Positions 39,024-52,672 of a DNA stretch of 64,000 nt are shown piece by piece. Under the pieces are notes generated by a model. The model had not been told where the DNA came from, did no database searches, and worked only from the letters and a program-made list of their open reading frames with translations. Source of the stretch: Eledone cirrhosa (taxonomy: Eukaryota). The stretch spans positions 268,522,001 through 268,586,000 of the forward strand of contig OZ024741.1 of assembly GCA_964016885.1 (NCBI GenBank), read 5' to 3'. Position 1 is the first letter of the stretch. Each line of letters opens with the position of its first letter. Both the position numbers and the translations under genes were made by a program.

Positions 39024-39531
39024 ATCATCATCATCATCATCATCATCAACGTTTAACGTCCGTGTTCCACGCTTGCATGGGTTTGGACGGGGGTAGTCCC
39101 ACTTGAGGCAAGAGTGATTGTCTTGCTCGCATAGGACTGTCTGGCAGGTTTTCTACAGTTGGATGCCCTTCCTAACACCAACCACATTTACAGTGTGGGT
39201 CTGGGAGGTTTTTACCGTGTTGCCTACACGGCCACATTACAGCGTGGACTGTGTGTTTTTTTGTCGTGACACCTACACGATCTCATTTGTTTCGGCCTCG
39301 ATGGCGCGGCACCAACATAACTTTACATAGAACGGGGTGGATGGGGTGGGGGTGGTGGTGGTGGGACGGGGTGTATTTTGTTAGAGATGCCTACTGGCTG
39401 GAGTAGGTTTTACTATATATTTAGGTAAGGCGGGTCTTCTCTGTTACTGAGTACCGCCAAAGGTCTCGGTCCAGTGACATTGTCTTGGAGAGGTGTAAGT
39501 GTGTGTGACATTGTCTTGGAGAGGTGTAAGT
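39024..39531 (-). mobile_element. RTE subfamily B young 3' copy with TSD
   Basis: Near-identical to 7821-8300; atatatatatatcatca on both flanks. Confidence 0.93.
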
Positions 39532-39603
39532 ATATATATATATCATCACCGTGCATATATATATATATTTAGAGAGAGAGAGAGAAAGAGAGAGAGAGGC
39601 CCC

Positions 39604-39920
39604 AATCGGTCACTAATGACCATGGTTTTGCACCTAGAAAATTTCCCTTCGAGGCACAAGGCCTGGCAAGGTTTGTTTGTGGAAGACCAGCAGTTGCCCA
39701 TATATATCAGTGTTCCGTCTCCACGCCAATGATGTTGTTCAAGGGAAAGGCAGTGGCCGATACAGCTTAGCACCAGTGACATTGCAACTCATTTCTACAG
39801 TTGAGTGAACTGGAGCAAAGTGAAATAAAGTGACTTGTTCAAGGACACAATGCATAACCCGGTCCGAGAATCAAACTCACTACCTCTCAATTGCAAGCCC
39901 AACGCTCTAACCACTAAACC
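39604..39920 (-). mobile_element. tRNA-derived CORE-like SINE (different 3' body)
   Basis: ggtttagtggttagagcgttgggcttgcaa head; gtccttgaacaagtcactttatttcac core. Confidence 0.75.
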
Positions 39921-40320
39921 ACACACACACACACACACACACAGACACACACACACATTTGTTTCTACTTTTAGCACAAGGCCAGCAATTATCCCAGTGT
40001 ATTACTATATATATTGATTGTATGTTAGTTTTAAGTTAATTGCTTCTCTGTAGGTGTTTTGACTGAAAAATAGCATAAGAGGTTGAGTATATAAACCCCT
40101 AGAGATTAAAAAAAGGGGACAGCCTTGCCTAAGGGATACAAACACACACATGCTATATATTGGATGGCTGCGCTACAAAAGGACGCTGTCCATTTTTATA
40201 AATAAAATAAGTACTTGAAAAAAATAAGTCCTGATATTGATATGATTACCTAAAAAATGTTTTAGATAATGCTCCAGTATGACTGCAGTCTAATAACTAA
40301 AAGCAGTAAAAGAATAGAAG

Positions 40321-40323
<3 letters not shown>

Positions 40324-40389
<66 letters not shown>
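40324..40389. repeat. (GT)n microsatellite
   Basis: Read directly. Confidence 0.95.
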
Positions 40390-40391
<2 letters not shown>

Positions 40392-41449
40392 TATGTATGG
40401 ACCATAACTCTTGATTGAGTCGTTTGAATGCCGTAATGACATATGGCATGTTTTGGGCACTTTAAACCTGGTGGTGCCCATCTCCTCTCCATGTCTGAAT
40501 ACAGCTGATATCTTTCAGAGAAATCATGGGGGAGAGAGAGAGCGAGAGAAGAAATTGACTCCAGTACTGGACTGGTACATTTTTATCAAGCCAAAATGAA
40601 TAGCGCAAACCATTTTATTTGATGTTCTAACAACCTTCTTAATTCACTTACACACGCTCACACAATGGGCTTCCATAGAGTTTCTGTCTACCCAATTTCA
40701 CTCACAATACATTGGTTAATCTTTTTGAAGTTAACATGAAACTGACAAAAAAATGTTGATAGTTTTTCTTATAAAACGTTAGTGTTATTTGTTTGTCACC
40801 TTTATCCAGTTGTTTACATTCTCTGTTTTGTGTATTCGTTGACTATAAACATTCAAACTGCTACTTTTTCTGTCTGTTAGTTGTTTGATATTCATATTAC
40901 AGTTTTTATAACCAGCTTATCTGAAAGAGAATCTTACTTCACATATTCAAATATCTATTTTTTTTTTCAATTGTCATTCTACCTGGGTTTATTTGAGTCA
41001 CACACACCCACTTTCTCACACATACATATACACACTCACGGTTTATATTACAATCACATTGGTTTGCTCACACCTATTTCTGTGCACTATTATAGAGAGG
41101 TCACCATAACCTCACACACTCAAATATGTCTTCTCTGATACACACCACACAATCTTTTCAGTTTGTTACTGTTGTGTGTGTTTATGTGAGTCATGGCTTC
41201 AACCCTTTCACACTTCATATAAAACTACTCATTGAGGCTTTATTACATTAAGTTTCAGTATTGCATACACACACACACACACACACACATACATATACAA
41301 AATACAATTTATTATCACTTGGATATACTTATTTTAAGTTATAAACACTGGAGTAATAGGTTGTGTTATTGAATAATGTTTGGTCATATCAAGTCTAATA
41401 TCCCTTTTTAAAATTTTCTCTGAAACCTTCTCAGTATTTCTTACATTAA

Positions 41450-41698
41450 CCCTTTTGATACCAAACCCCTTGAAACTGTTCTAGTTTTATGATATACAAC
41501 TACTCATCTTAAAATCTTCATACTTTCATTAAATAAAACCTGTCATAGTTATATTTAAGAAATCTTTTTATGAAGTAATGTTTTAAACACCAGCTTACTG
41601 ATGAAAACTCTAGTTATCTCATTAAATTCTTCTAAATTTTCAAAATTAATTGATACACATAGGCAGTGTATTTCATTAAAGATGCAGTAATAAAGCTG
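41450..41698 (+). mobile_element. TTAA MITE, family 2 (decayed)
   Basis: TTAA-CCCTTTTGATACC start and TTAA end; related fragments at ~34960-35310, 45090-45208 and 59870-60220. Confidence 0.55.
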
Positions 41699-43474
41699 TT
41701 AAATCAGTAATAATAGTTTTGTTTGTATTTTCACTAATTTTCTATTAATTTTTAAAAATTCTATTTTAATTTAATAAATCAATTCTAAATAGAAAAGTAT
41801 TGAACACTGCTGCTCTCTAGAAATTATTTACAAGATGATTATTTCTAGAAATCATTTTTACAATCCTGTTACTACTTTCTGATAACTCTACTATGTTTCT
41901 ATTCCTCTTCAAGAACACACACCTGACTGAACATTGAAAAAAAGAATCTTGTGAACAATTCGTAGTCTCCAGGAAGCAGTAAGTATTCCTAACATAAGCA
42001 ACAGGAAATGGTGTTACCAAATTTCTGTTTAAATATTTCACTATATTTATAATTTTAAAGCAAGTTATAAGACTTTAATGATTTCATAAAAAGTTTTGGG
42101 ATTGCCTCCTTGCCTGTTTAGTGGAGCCTTCTCTCTACATTATTTAGACTTAAACTTACTCTAGATATCTAGCTATTTAATAAAGGCTATTTTATTTTGT
42201 TTTCTTTACAGTGAGGCTATCTAACTTTTGTAAGGAGAAATCACTGCAGTATAACTATTGAGTAAAATAGCTTTAGTAACATTATATAGCTGGCTATGTT
42301 AATATATTATGAAGTGACTATATTAAAATACCCTTCTCACCATCATCATCATTTTTATGTTGGCATGGGCAGGATAAGATTTTTTGAGGTACCTTTTCTA
42401 AGGCTGGATGCCTTTTCTGATGCCAATCCATGGATTATAGGACTGAGTTACATTGAATTGCTAATTGAGGTGTATTGTTTGTGTAGAACATAAACAAATG
42501 TTACCACTTACTTTAAACTGTGATGATATGAAGATATACAGCAACTCATACACATGTATACACACAAATCACACACATATATACATACATACATATACAC
42601 ACATTGAATTCATCCTTACCATTTAACATCTATTTTCTATAATTGCATGGATTAGATGAGTTATCACATGAGGCCAGACAAGTCAGGTGACCACAAGTCA
42701 TACAATCTAATTTTGGCTTGGTTTTCTATGGGTGGATACCCTTCTTAACACCTACTATATTATAGCGTGTACTGGTAACTTTTTGTTGGGAAACCAGCAC
42801 AATCACCTTACAGGGTGAACTGGTTACTTTTTGTTGTGGAACCAGCATTAACACTTTACAGAGTGGACTGAGTACTTGTTGTCATGGCACCGTACAGAAT
42901 GGACTGGGTACTTTTTGTTGTGGCACAAACATGACCTTCCAGGGTGGACTGTGTGCTAATACGCACACCCACGCACACAATAGGATCTTCAGTTTTTGCC
43001 TTCCAAATTCACTCAAAAGGCATTGGTCAGCTCTAATCAACATTAAAGGGTCTTTGTCCAAGGCATCATGCAGTGGTATGTTAGCTGAAACCATGAGATT
43101 GCAAAGTGAACTTTTTAACCACTCCACCTGTAGTTCCTGTCTATCTAATTCCCGCACAAGTCACTATTCAGTGCAAGGCTGTAGTAGAAAGTACTTGCCC
43201 ATGGTACCACTCAGTGGGATGGAACCAGAATCTATGTGGTTTGCCAAGTGAAGTCCTTAACCGCACAACCTTCCCTGTAAATCTATACACAAAGCTTCAT
43301 CTCTGATAGAACTATTATGTTTTTGTTTCCACTTAATGAGATTATTTTTTTTTTTTCAATTTCTGTATTTTATATGATCAAGTAGAGAGGAAAGCCCTTG
43401 TCTTAGATTTATAAGGAAGTTGAGCAAGAGAGTGGAAGGTGGTAGGAAACTCTGGGTGAAAATTCTGGGTTTAA

Positions 43475-43682
43475 CCCTTTCACATTTAAACTGGCCGTAT
43501 CCAGCCAGAATTCTCTCATCTCTTTCTGTTCAAACCGGCCATAATCGGCTGCTCATAATTATGTTAAGGCATTGTTCTCAAAATAAATAATATTAAAATC
43601 TCATAGATTCGATATTATGTGAGATAAAGCCTTTACTGTGAAAATGCAATAGTATATATAGAGCAATGTAGATGCTAAAGGG
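43475..43682 (-). mobile_element. piggyBac-type TTAA MITE, family 1
   Basis: Reverse-oriented homologue of 27563-27780 with TTAA on both sides. Confidence 0.88.
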
Positions 43683-43721
43683 TTAAACAGGTAGGTTAAG
43701 AAAAATAAACTACTTGTATAG

Positions 43722-43848
43722 TGGAGGTGTGTTGCTTAGTGGTTAGGTTGTTCAGTTCACAATTGTAAGGTCGTGAGTTCAGTTGCTGCCTGCACCAGGT
43801 GATACATTATGTCCTTGGGCAAGACGCTTTATTTCACATTGCCCCAGT
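43722..43848 (+). mobile_element. CORE-like SINE 5' part
   Basis: gcttagtggttagg A-box, gagttcag B-box-like, gtccttgggcaagacgctttatttcac. Confidence 0.7.
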
Positions 43849-44172
43849 GGTCTGAGAACTTATCAACCCTTTTTACTGTATTATCGATATTGAAAGCTTT
43901 AGCAACAGAACAAAATAATCTGTTGTTGAGGTTGCCTCATTTCTTCACACCAGGATGAGTCATGCTGGTAGATATGTTGCACCTTCATTTTACATATAAC
44001 ATTTACAATGCACCCTATATTTAGAATTGAAGTTTTAGAGGTCCAGTTGATAATTCACATGCTGGTTTTTCATGTCATATGTTCATGAGGAAAGGTGTGA
44101 CATATACATTAGTATATATATAATATATATTTGTGTGTGTGTGTGTGTGTATGTACTATCTCTCTCTCTCTC

Positions 44173-44203
<31 letters not shown>

Positions 44204-44368
44204 CACACACACGCGCACACCCTGTATATTTGTGCATAAGTCATACTGGTAGTTAAGTTGCATCTCCATTTTATATATAGCATTTACAGTGTCATATTTT
44301 GAATTGAAAAAGATCAAACCTATACATGAATGTATATGGTATTTAGACTCGGCATGAAATTAGTCTGT

Positions 44369-44860
44369 ATCATCATCACATGTCTATTTTCCATGTTTGA
44401 ACGGGTTTGATGGGTTATCATATCACATTCTGAGGCTTGACTAGTCAAGTGACCATGTCTGTTTTAGCTTGGTGTCTATAACTGAGAGCCTTTCATAATG
44501 CCAACCATTTTACAGGGTGTACAGAGAGCATGGTTTCTATGGCTGGGAGCCCTTCCTAATGCCAACCACTTTCAGGGTGTACTGAGAGAATGGTTTCTAT
44601 GGTTGGGAGTTCTTCCTAATGTATATGGTGTACTGAGAGCATGTTTTTTTATAGTTGGGTACCCTTCCTAATGACAACCACTTTATAGCATGTACTAAGA
44701 GCGTACTAACACCAATCAATTTATAACTTATGCTGGGAACATTTTATTGTGGTACCAGCACTACCATCTTACAGTGGGGACTAGGTGCTTTTGTCATGGC
44801 ACTAGCACTACTTCTACATATTGCGAACTGGGTGATTTTCATTGTGGCACCATCACTGGG
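44369..44860 (-). repeat. RTE 3'UTR remnant with four ~55-bp tandem units
   Basis: gagcatggtttctatggctgggagcccttcctaatgccaaccacttt repeated. Confidence 0.7.
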
Positions 44861-45440
44861 AAGACATTGATAGGAGTGTGTGTGTGTGTGTCATACCACG
44901 ATGAGAGAGGAAGCTTCAGGTCATGGGGGTGTCCTTGAAAAGTCTGAGTTGTGGCTAGCAGTATATTATGAGGTGTGCCTGGCTTTCCATACTTGTCATG
45001 AGTTGGATGAGGAAGTGAATTAAGTATGTGGGTGGAAGTATGGGCTATCTCTTCCATGCTGATATGGGTTTGGTGAGGAAGGTGAATTTAGCTTGGTTTT
45101 TAGATAAATATAAATACTTTAAAACAAACAGGTTTGTATCATAGAACCAGGGGTTTTTGTATTATAAAACCAGGGGTCGTTTCAGGTGGATTAATATTAA
45201 AAAGGTTAAAACTCACACAAAAAAAGATGAATTGTATGAAATACAACTTCATTAGAGGTCAACTAAAGCTGCATGGCCATTTTTGTTCAATATATTAGAC
45301 AGGTTTTCTATTTATGATACTTATGAAAGAAGATGTATGAAAGTTGGAGAGAAAAGAAGCGAGTACACTTTGATGGATGTGCAATGTTAACAGGAGAGAA
45401 TGACAAAGTATGGATGAACAGAGAGAAAAACTGAGTATAA

Positions 45441-45637
45441 TAATAAAAATTGTTTCTACTTTAGGCACAAGGCCAGCAATTACCCAGTACATTACTGGTA
45501 CTTTATTTTATCGACCCCATAAGGATGAAAGGCAAAGTTAACCTCGGTGGGATTTGAACTTAGAATGGCAAGGGCCGTAACTCTATACGTCAAAGCATGG
45601 TGTCCGACCCTCTACCGATACTGCCAATCCACCACCC
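45441..45637 (-). mobile_element. Meta-like SINE
   Basis: Homologous to 32765-32950. Confidence 0.88.
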
Positions 45638-47713
45638 TATAATAATAATAATAATAATAATAATGATAATAATAATGATAATAGTAATAATAATAATAAT
45701 GAAATTATTGTGTAAAGTGCTCAGGTGCACTACAACTCGTCAAAGGTGCATGTATAGTACATAGAATAATATAAAAATGTCAGGGAAGTGAATAGTGTAT
45801 GAGTCATGATATACATGTGTGCGTGTGTATGGAGGGAGAACATTAGGTATAGTGTTGGCGAATCTCAGGAAGCATGGAGGTTTTAAAGGATGCAGTGTCT
45901 TGGTAGCTAACAACTGATGCAGGTAGTTTGTTCCATGCTTCAGCAACTGTAAGCGTGAAAAAATGTTTCCGAAAGTCATGGGAACTGTGCTGTTTTCTGA
46001 CTTTGTAGGCATGCCCACATGTGTTGGACTCGTGGAAATCAAAAAGGTACTCAGGGTTGTTGTTGGCAAGATGGTTAATAATTTTGTGGGTATTTACCAA
46101 GTCAGTTGCCAGATGTCGGAGCTTCAATGTATCCATGCCCAGAGAAGCAAGGCGTTCAGAGTATGGTAGATGCCTGATGGAGGGTTTTTGCTTGGTTGCA
46201 CGTCTCTGAACAGTTTCCAGGCAGTCAATGTTCTGAGCAAGATAGGGGTTCCAGACTGGTGATTCATATTCTAAGTGTGGCCGCACCATAGCCATGTACA
46301 GCTTTAAATAGATAGCTGATAGCTGGAGAGTGGCTGACAAAGGTCTTGCTGAGTGATGTTAAGACACCCACGGCCGTCTTGACAATTTTAGAGACGTGCT
46401 TCGTCCAACGCAAATCACTGTTGACTGTAATGCCCAGGTCACGTTCACAAGAAGACTTCTTGATATTAGTGTTGTGGAGGGAGTATGTGGACGCTGGGTT
46501 TTTACTCCCATAATGCATGGTGGTGCACTTGTCCACAGCTAGCTTGAGTTGCCAGTCTGTGATCCATTGTTGCATTGTGTCCAGGTCAGACTGCAAGCAA
46601 GATCTATAGTGTTCAGGATCTGTCCTTTTTATCTCAAGGTACAGCTTGATGTCATCTGCATATTTCAGTACTGTGGCATTCTTTAAGTTGGCATATATGT
46701 CATTAATATATGCCACAAACAAAAGGGGGCCAAGAACAGATCCCTGTGGTACACCAGATGACATCTCATATGGTGAGGAATGCTGTCCCAGAACCGTGAC
46801 TACCTCTCTTCGACTGAGAATGAAGGACTTCAACCAGTTAAAAAGATCATCCTTCACACCCATTGCAGAGAGTTTTGCCATAAGCCTTTTGTGTGGTACA
46901 GAATTGAAAGCTTTAGCAAAGTCAAGGTAAACAACATTCACCCATGAGCCGCCATCAGTGATCCGGGTAATGTCTTCAAGAAACTCTATAAGTTGATCAC
47001 AGCAGCTGGAGTTAGGGATAAATCCAAATTGTGAGGGTCGGATAAGACTGTGAGAGTTCCAGAAGTTCCAAAGTGTTTCTCTGACACAGGGTTCCATCAG
47101 TTTGGCAATGCAGCTAGTAAGACTGACTGGACGATAGTTCACAGGTCATATGCGGTCACCCTTTTTGAACAGAGAAATGACACTGGCAGTTTTCCACTGT
47201 TCTGGAGTAGCACTGTTGTTCATACAGAATTGGAAGAAGCGTGATAGCTGGTGCAGAAGGAAGAACCCATCACAGTTGAGAAGCAGGTACGTACACCATC
47301 AAGACCAGGAGAGGCATGGTTGTGTTTATTTTTAAGGTGACGTCGCAGCATTGCAGGTGTAAATTCCATGGTTGTAACAGAATCCGGTGTCATAGGTGGT
47401 GGAGACGGTACACTCTGGTCTTCAATAGTGAAAATGCCTGCATAGCATTCAGCAATGAGCTCTGCGCATTCCTTGGGGTCGTCAGTAATCTGGCTTGTGT
47501 GGGGATTGCGAAGAGGACCAACTGGAGTGAGGCTTCTGCTTTGAGTGAACATACTTCCAGAACACCTTACTGTCAGGGCTGGTTGCTATGCGCTGCTCAA
47601 ATCGAAGCACTGCCTTTTTTGTCACCTGTTTGAGATGGTTGGATGATTTAGTTCGCCTCTTCCTATTGATATCTGATTTATGCAGTTTGTACTCACGTTC
47701 AGCATTACAACGA
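45638..47713 (-). mobile_element. CR1-clade LINE, 5'-truncated, RT domain with frameshifts, (ATT)n tail
   Basis: NYRPVSLTS, QFGF, DFAKAFNSVPH, SGVPQGSVLGPLLF, YADDIKLY, ERDLGI, VRPHLEY, VQRRATK, WNKLP. Confidence 0.93.
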
Positions 47714-49136
47714 TTTATTATTATTATTATTATTTTCAGTATAAGACGGATGAGATGTAGTGTGCAAGAGAGAAGACTGCGCTGGTAGGGACATGTAATG
47801 TATATGAATGATGACTGCTAAGTGAAGAAGTCGTCATCCATATGCATATATTTTATTATAGAAATGGCTTCTACAAGATTAAAACTGTTATATTCATAAG
47901 TAATCATCAGGAATAAAAATGCCTAAATTCTACTAATGTATTTCGTATCTTTTTTAACTGTAGTCACCTCTTGATGTACATTGGGGAGCCACCTATTATA
48001 TCATCATCATCATCACACACACATTATCTTTTAGCTGTTCATCTTAGACATGGTAGTTCTGCTCTATGCCAATTCTCTCTAGAATATAAAAGAATTAATT
48101 GCTAGGTGAAAATGGATGATTGATGTTTGTTTTTTTCTCTTTCTATATCATAGAATTGAAGGTGTTAGATTGGACAGAAGAGGAGATATGTGGTTTCTCA
48201 TTTAGAACTATGTTTAAGATGGTAAATTAATTTTCATTCTCAGTCTCATTTGTCTTGGAAGACAGCAACTTGATTGTGCCACAATAAAATACATCCTCTC
48301 TACCATATGTTAGTAACAACATAGGGTAGAGAGGGTTTTCAGTCATGTCAAGGACATGACAACGTTTCTAGTACTGGTACCATGATAAAACACATCCTGT
48401 ACACTCTATGTTACAAAGGCTATCCAGCTGTAGAAACCATGCTAAAAATGGAACATATTGAGCAAGATATAGTTTCCCTGACATGCCAAGGAGAACAGAA
48501 GCTCTGATTAAGTACTGAGTTTGTCTGTAAGGACCCATCAGGAAAATGGATGGAAAATAATGATGATGATTGTTAAATTCATTCCAGGTACTTTCCTTTC
48601 TCCAGCACTGTCTAATGCTTTGCTGTGTTGATTTTGGTCAAATATCAATTATTAACTGGCATGCTAACAGTCACCATTCCAGTTTTTTTTAGCAAGCTTT
48701 GGCTGTTACATTCAGCAAATCAAACTGCTGTATGAAAATACAACACACAGGTATGTCACCACCTTAAAATCACTGGTTCCTTTAACTGATCCAGATAAAA
48801 TACAACAGAAATCTCTGACCTCTGTTTGTCTTGTCAGACCCTCCAGGAAAATACCTTTCCTAGATGCAGACTTGGGCAAGTCTCCCTTCTCCACACCACA
48901 GATATTGTCCAAGGGAAAGTGAAAGGTCAGTACAGCTTGGCACCAGTGACATCACAACCAAGTCTCCATTCTCCACTCCACTGATATTGTCCATTAAGAA
49001 ACCCTGTTGCTCAACCTTCTTGAAATAGCTGCTAAATCTCACTTAAATCACACCATACCATCTTAAAACAGGGCACATAGGGTAATGTCACATAATATAG
49101 AGAATTATGGGTTAGTCAGAACTGGAATGCTTTTAA

Positions 49137-49479
49137 CCTTTTAGCATTCACATTATTTTATATATACTATCTGAGTTCAAATCCCGCCGAGGTTAACTTT
49201 GCTTTTCATCCTTACGAGGTCGATAAAATAAAGTACCAGTAATGTACTGGGATAATTGCTGGCCTTGTGCCAAAAGTAGAAACAATTATTTTATATATAC
49301 TATTATATTTTCATGGTAAAGGCTTTACATCACATAATTATCTCACATAATATCAAATCTATGAGATTTTGAAAGTATTTATTTTGAGAACAATACCTTA
49401 ACATCAGTTTGAGCAACCAGTTACAGCCAGTTTCAACAGAAAGAGGTAGAGAATTCTGGCCGGTTTGAACATTAAAGGG
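49137..49479 (+). mobile_element. TTAA MITE family 1 interrupted by a 5'-truncated Meta-like SINE (49171-49284)
   Basis: TTAA ends; 19-bp TSD attattttatatatactat at 49152 and 49285. Confidence 0.88.
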
Positions 49480-49902
49480 TTAATTATATGCCTCAGTGAT
49501 CAGGGTTTACCTAGTGCTAAACTACAACAATTTGATAATTGAGCCAGCAAGGAAGCTTGTTATAGGGTTGTTTGACATGCTAGAAATTGTAGTAAAATCT
49601 TCCTGAAATTACATCCTGCTATCATAAAAAACAGGAAGGGCGCATTGGATAATATAAACCTTGAGATATGTCTATAAAAAAACAGGATGGCCATAGATGA
49701 AATCGTTTTGATTATTATTGTTTCTTTAATTGTCTTTCTGCTTGTTCCCATGGAGGTGATGTAAGAACAAAAAGAGCCTTCATTCTGCAGTGGATTGGAA
49801 GTACTGTCCTGGTGTGATGCCATATGATGTCAGTGTTTCCTTGATGTTTTCTATCCACTTCTTAATTGGCTGGCCATGTGGTACAACATCCTTGGCCTCC
49901 AG

Positions 49903-50570
49903 CCATCATCATCATCATTTAACATCCATCTTCCACGCTTGCATGTGGTAAGACATCCTTGGCCTCTAGCCATGTGGCAAGAAAAATTCCAATCTACCAA
50001 CCGGCCCATTGTACATGTCCAAACTTTGTTGTATGTGATAATGGTTTGTCTTGTTCTGACCAATTTCCAGATCTCATCATCATTCCTGATTCCTTCTCGT
50101 CTTATCTTGTTGACAGCTTTTCTCAGGTAGTGCATCTTACAGCTTGTGACTTTTCACTCTACAGACTTAGTCAGGCTCTAGATTCAGTATTGGTGTGTGA
50201 GTGTTGGAATGAAGATTGAGTCGATCAGCTTAGCTTTAATTTTCATTGCGATATTAGAGCGTGGCAGTCTGGTTACTGATGCTAATAATCTTCTGTATTC
50301 TATCTAGTCTCAATCTTTGACTGGGGTTGTCTGGTTGTTGATGCTAAATGGCCTTCTGTACTCTAATCACAATCTCTGACTGGAAGTCTGGTAGCTGATG
50401 CTAATGACCTTTTTGTGCTCTAGTCTCAATCTTTCTGATTCTGTCATCCATCTTCAGTAAAGATACTCCTTAGGTACTTGAACTCTTTCATTTGTTTCAG
50501 TTTAGACTTGTTGATGTCAGTGTTGACTGATGATATGCAAACCTTCATCACCTCTATTTTGCTAATTCTA
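49903..50570 (-). mobile_element. Decayed RTE-like LINE 3' fragment
   Basis: (CAT)n tail with ccacgcttgcatg 3' motif; QMKEFKYL.SIFTEDG-like and LRKAVNKIRREGIRN remnants. Confidence 0.65.
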
Positions 50571-50578
50571 GTTTACAT

Positions 50579-50826
50579 GTGTGGAGGCGCGTGGCCTAGT
50601 GGTAATGGTGTTGGACTTAGTCACAATGTCGTAGGTTAGGTTCAGTTCATTGTTCCAGTATACTCAGCTGAAAATGAGTACCAGCAATAGCTGGGGGTTT
50701 AACCCTGCGATGAACTGGCGTCCTGTCCAGGGGGAAGTCTTGTACTCTCAGTTGCTTCACGCCATGAAACTGGGATAAGCATCGCCCTAACGAGCCTTCA
50801 GGCTTAGGACAGACTTTAGATCTTTT
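50579..50826 (+). mobile_element. tRNA-derived SINE with V-domain-like body
   Basis: ggaggcgcgtggcctagtggtaa head; aaccctgcgatgaactggcgtcctgtccaggggg. Confidence 0.7.
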
Positions 50827-51385
50827 GATAGTTTACATATCCTTCCATTCACAGTCCTTGTCTGATATAGTGGAATGCTTTTGGATATTTTCTTCTTTCT
50901 CATGTATAAAGCACTGGTCATCAATGAACAACATATTCAAGGCTTCTGTGTTGGAGTGTGGGTTAGCTTCTCTCGTAATCCTATATCTGTTTATATGATG
51001 ACCATAAGGGTTGACAAGATACATCCATATCTCACTTCGGATGAGATCTCAAACCAGTCTGTTTTGATGTTTAGACTTCACTCATACCACTTGCATAAAT
51101 AGTTTGAATGTTGTCCAGATATTGACCTCTGACATTGTACAGTTCCATCACACTGCACAGTTTTGATACAAGAACTGCTTCGTTAGGTTTGATCTGGGGT
51201 TAACCAACATTTCTATGTTACACAGTGCCTCAATAACCCACAACATAAAGATAAGTGTGTTCAATAAAATATCCTCTTTCTCTCTTTCTCATAATAGATA
51301 TATATGTGTGTGTGTGTGTATATATATATATGTATGTGGTTGATGGCTGAGAGAAAGAATTACTAAATACCGAAGTAGAGTTTTA

Positions 51386-51519
51386 ATATTCATTTTTATT
51401 GACGCTAAAAAGTGAGTCTTGTTACTCTGGAGTTTCGCCTGTTTTATCACTGACCCTTTGATAAACAGATGAAACTCCAGTCTAACAAGACATTTTTAAG
51501 CCTTGATAAAAATGAATAT
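51386..51519. repeat. Imperfect ~60-bp-arm inverted repeat
   Basis: atattcatttttat...ctggagtttc...ttatca / tgataa...gaaactccag...ataaaaatgaatat. Confidence 0.75.
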
Positions 51520-52600
51520 ATATTTTCATTTGTTTGAATTCAATCACCATATCACATGTTTTTTTTGTCTAGTATAGAAGTCTTCCTCTATTTTCATTAG
51601 AGGTCATGTGTAAGGTTAGCACCAACTGCTAAATTCTTTATCGGAGTGGTAACTGCTACCATACACAATGAATAGACTGAAGTATTGACTTTGGGCCGCC
51701 TGCTGAAGAAGTGCAATTTTCCCAGTTACATAACTATCTGCTGATACTATGTAGTTTTCTGAACACTGCAGATTTAATATATGCAATTGTTAAATATGCT
51801 GCACAGAAACGAATTCGTCCAGGAGTGAGATATTTACTTTTATCTCTCCCAAAACACTGCCATTGTACCTGCTATTAACTAAAATGTGTGCATTCTGAAC
51901 TACTAGTTGCAGTTACATTACTGCAAGTTTGCAGATTTGTTGAGTGAACTAGATGTTGGCCAGGGACCATTGAGTTAATATCTTTGTTAATAATCTATAT
52001 ATATACACACACACACACATTCATACGTACATGTGTACCTGTATATATACAAATATACATATGGAATTAAATTGAATGAAATGGAAAGGACTTTTGAGGA
52101 TCTGTATATTTAGTGTTGTATGTATATATTTCTGTATCTATACATGTGTATATGCAGTTATTATATGCTGAATGTCTGTATGAATGTTAGTGGATAGGGT
52201 ATTCGTTTTGAAGTCCCTCCAGTCTACTCAGCTGGCAAAAATGGGTAATACTTGTAATTCGAAGGGCTAGCCTTGATACATTCTGTATCACGCTGAATCT
52301 CCCTGAGAATTATGTTAAGGGTACACGTGTCTGTAGAATGCTCAACCACTCACATGTTAATTTCCCAAGCAGGCTGTTCTGTTGTTTGTATCAACAGGAA
52401 CACTGATCATCGTAACCAACAGAGTGCCAGTTATGTATGTGCATACTTTCCTACATGCAGATATGCACACACACATATACCATATATATCTCAGTGTAAT
52501 ATGCACTTTTTTACTAAGATTTTTAAACTTTCAGGACTTATTATTAATGGAATATAACACATTCTCATGAATTTGCTGGTGAGGTTGTGTCAGTACATGA

Positions 52601-52601
52601 T

Positions 52602-52642
<41 letters not shown>

Positions 52643-52672
52643 CAGTAGCAGCAGTAGCCACTGTAGTAGTAG
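52601..52672. repeat. (AGC)n/(AGT)n microsatellite
   Basis: Read directly; gives the poly-Ser of ORF 52587-53054. Confidence 0.9.

Noticed and set aside
41821-41978. Possible exon (ctctctag ... GCAgtaagt)
   Set aside because: Stops in all three frames and no partner exons; could be non-coding but is unsupported.
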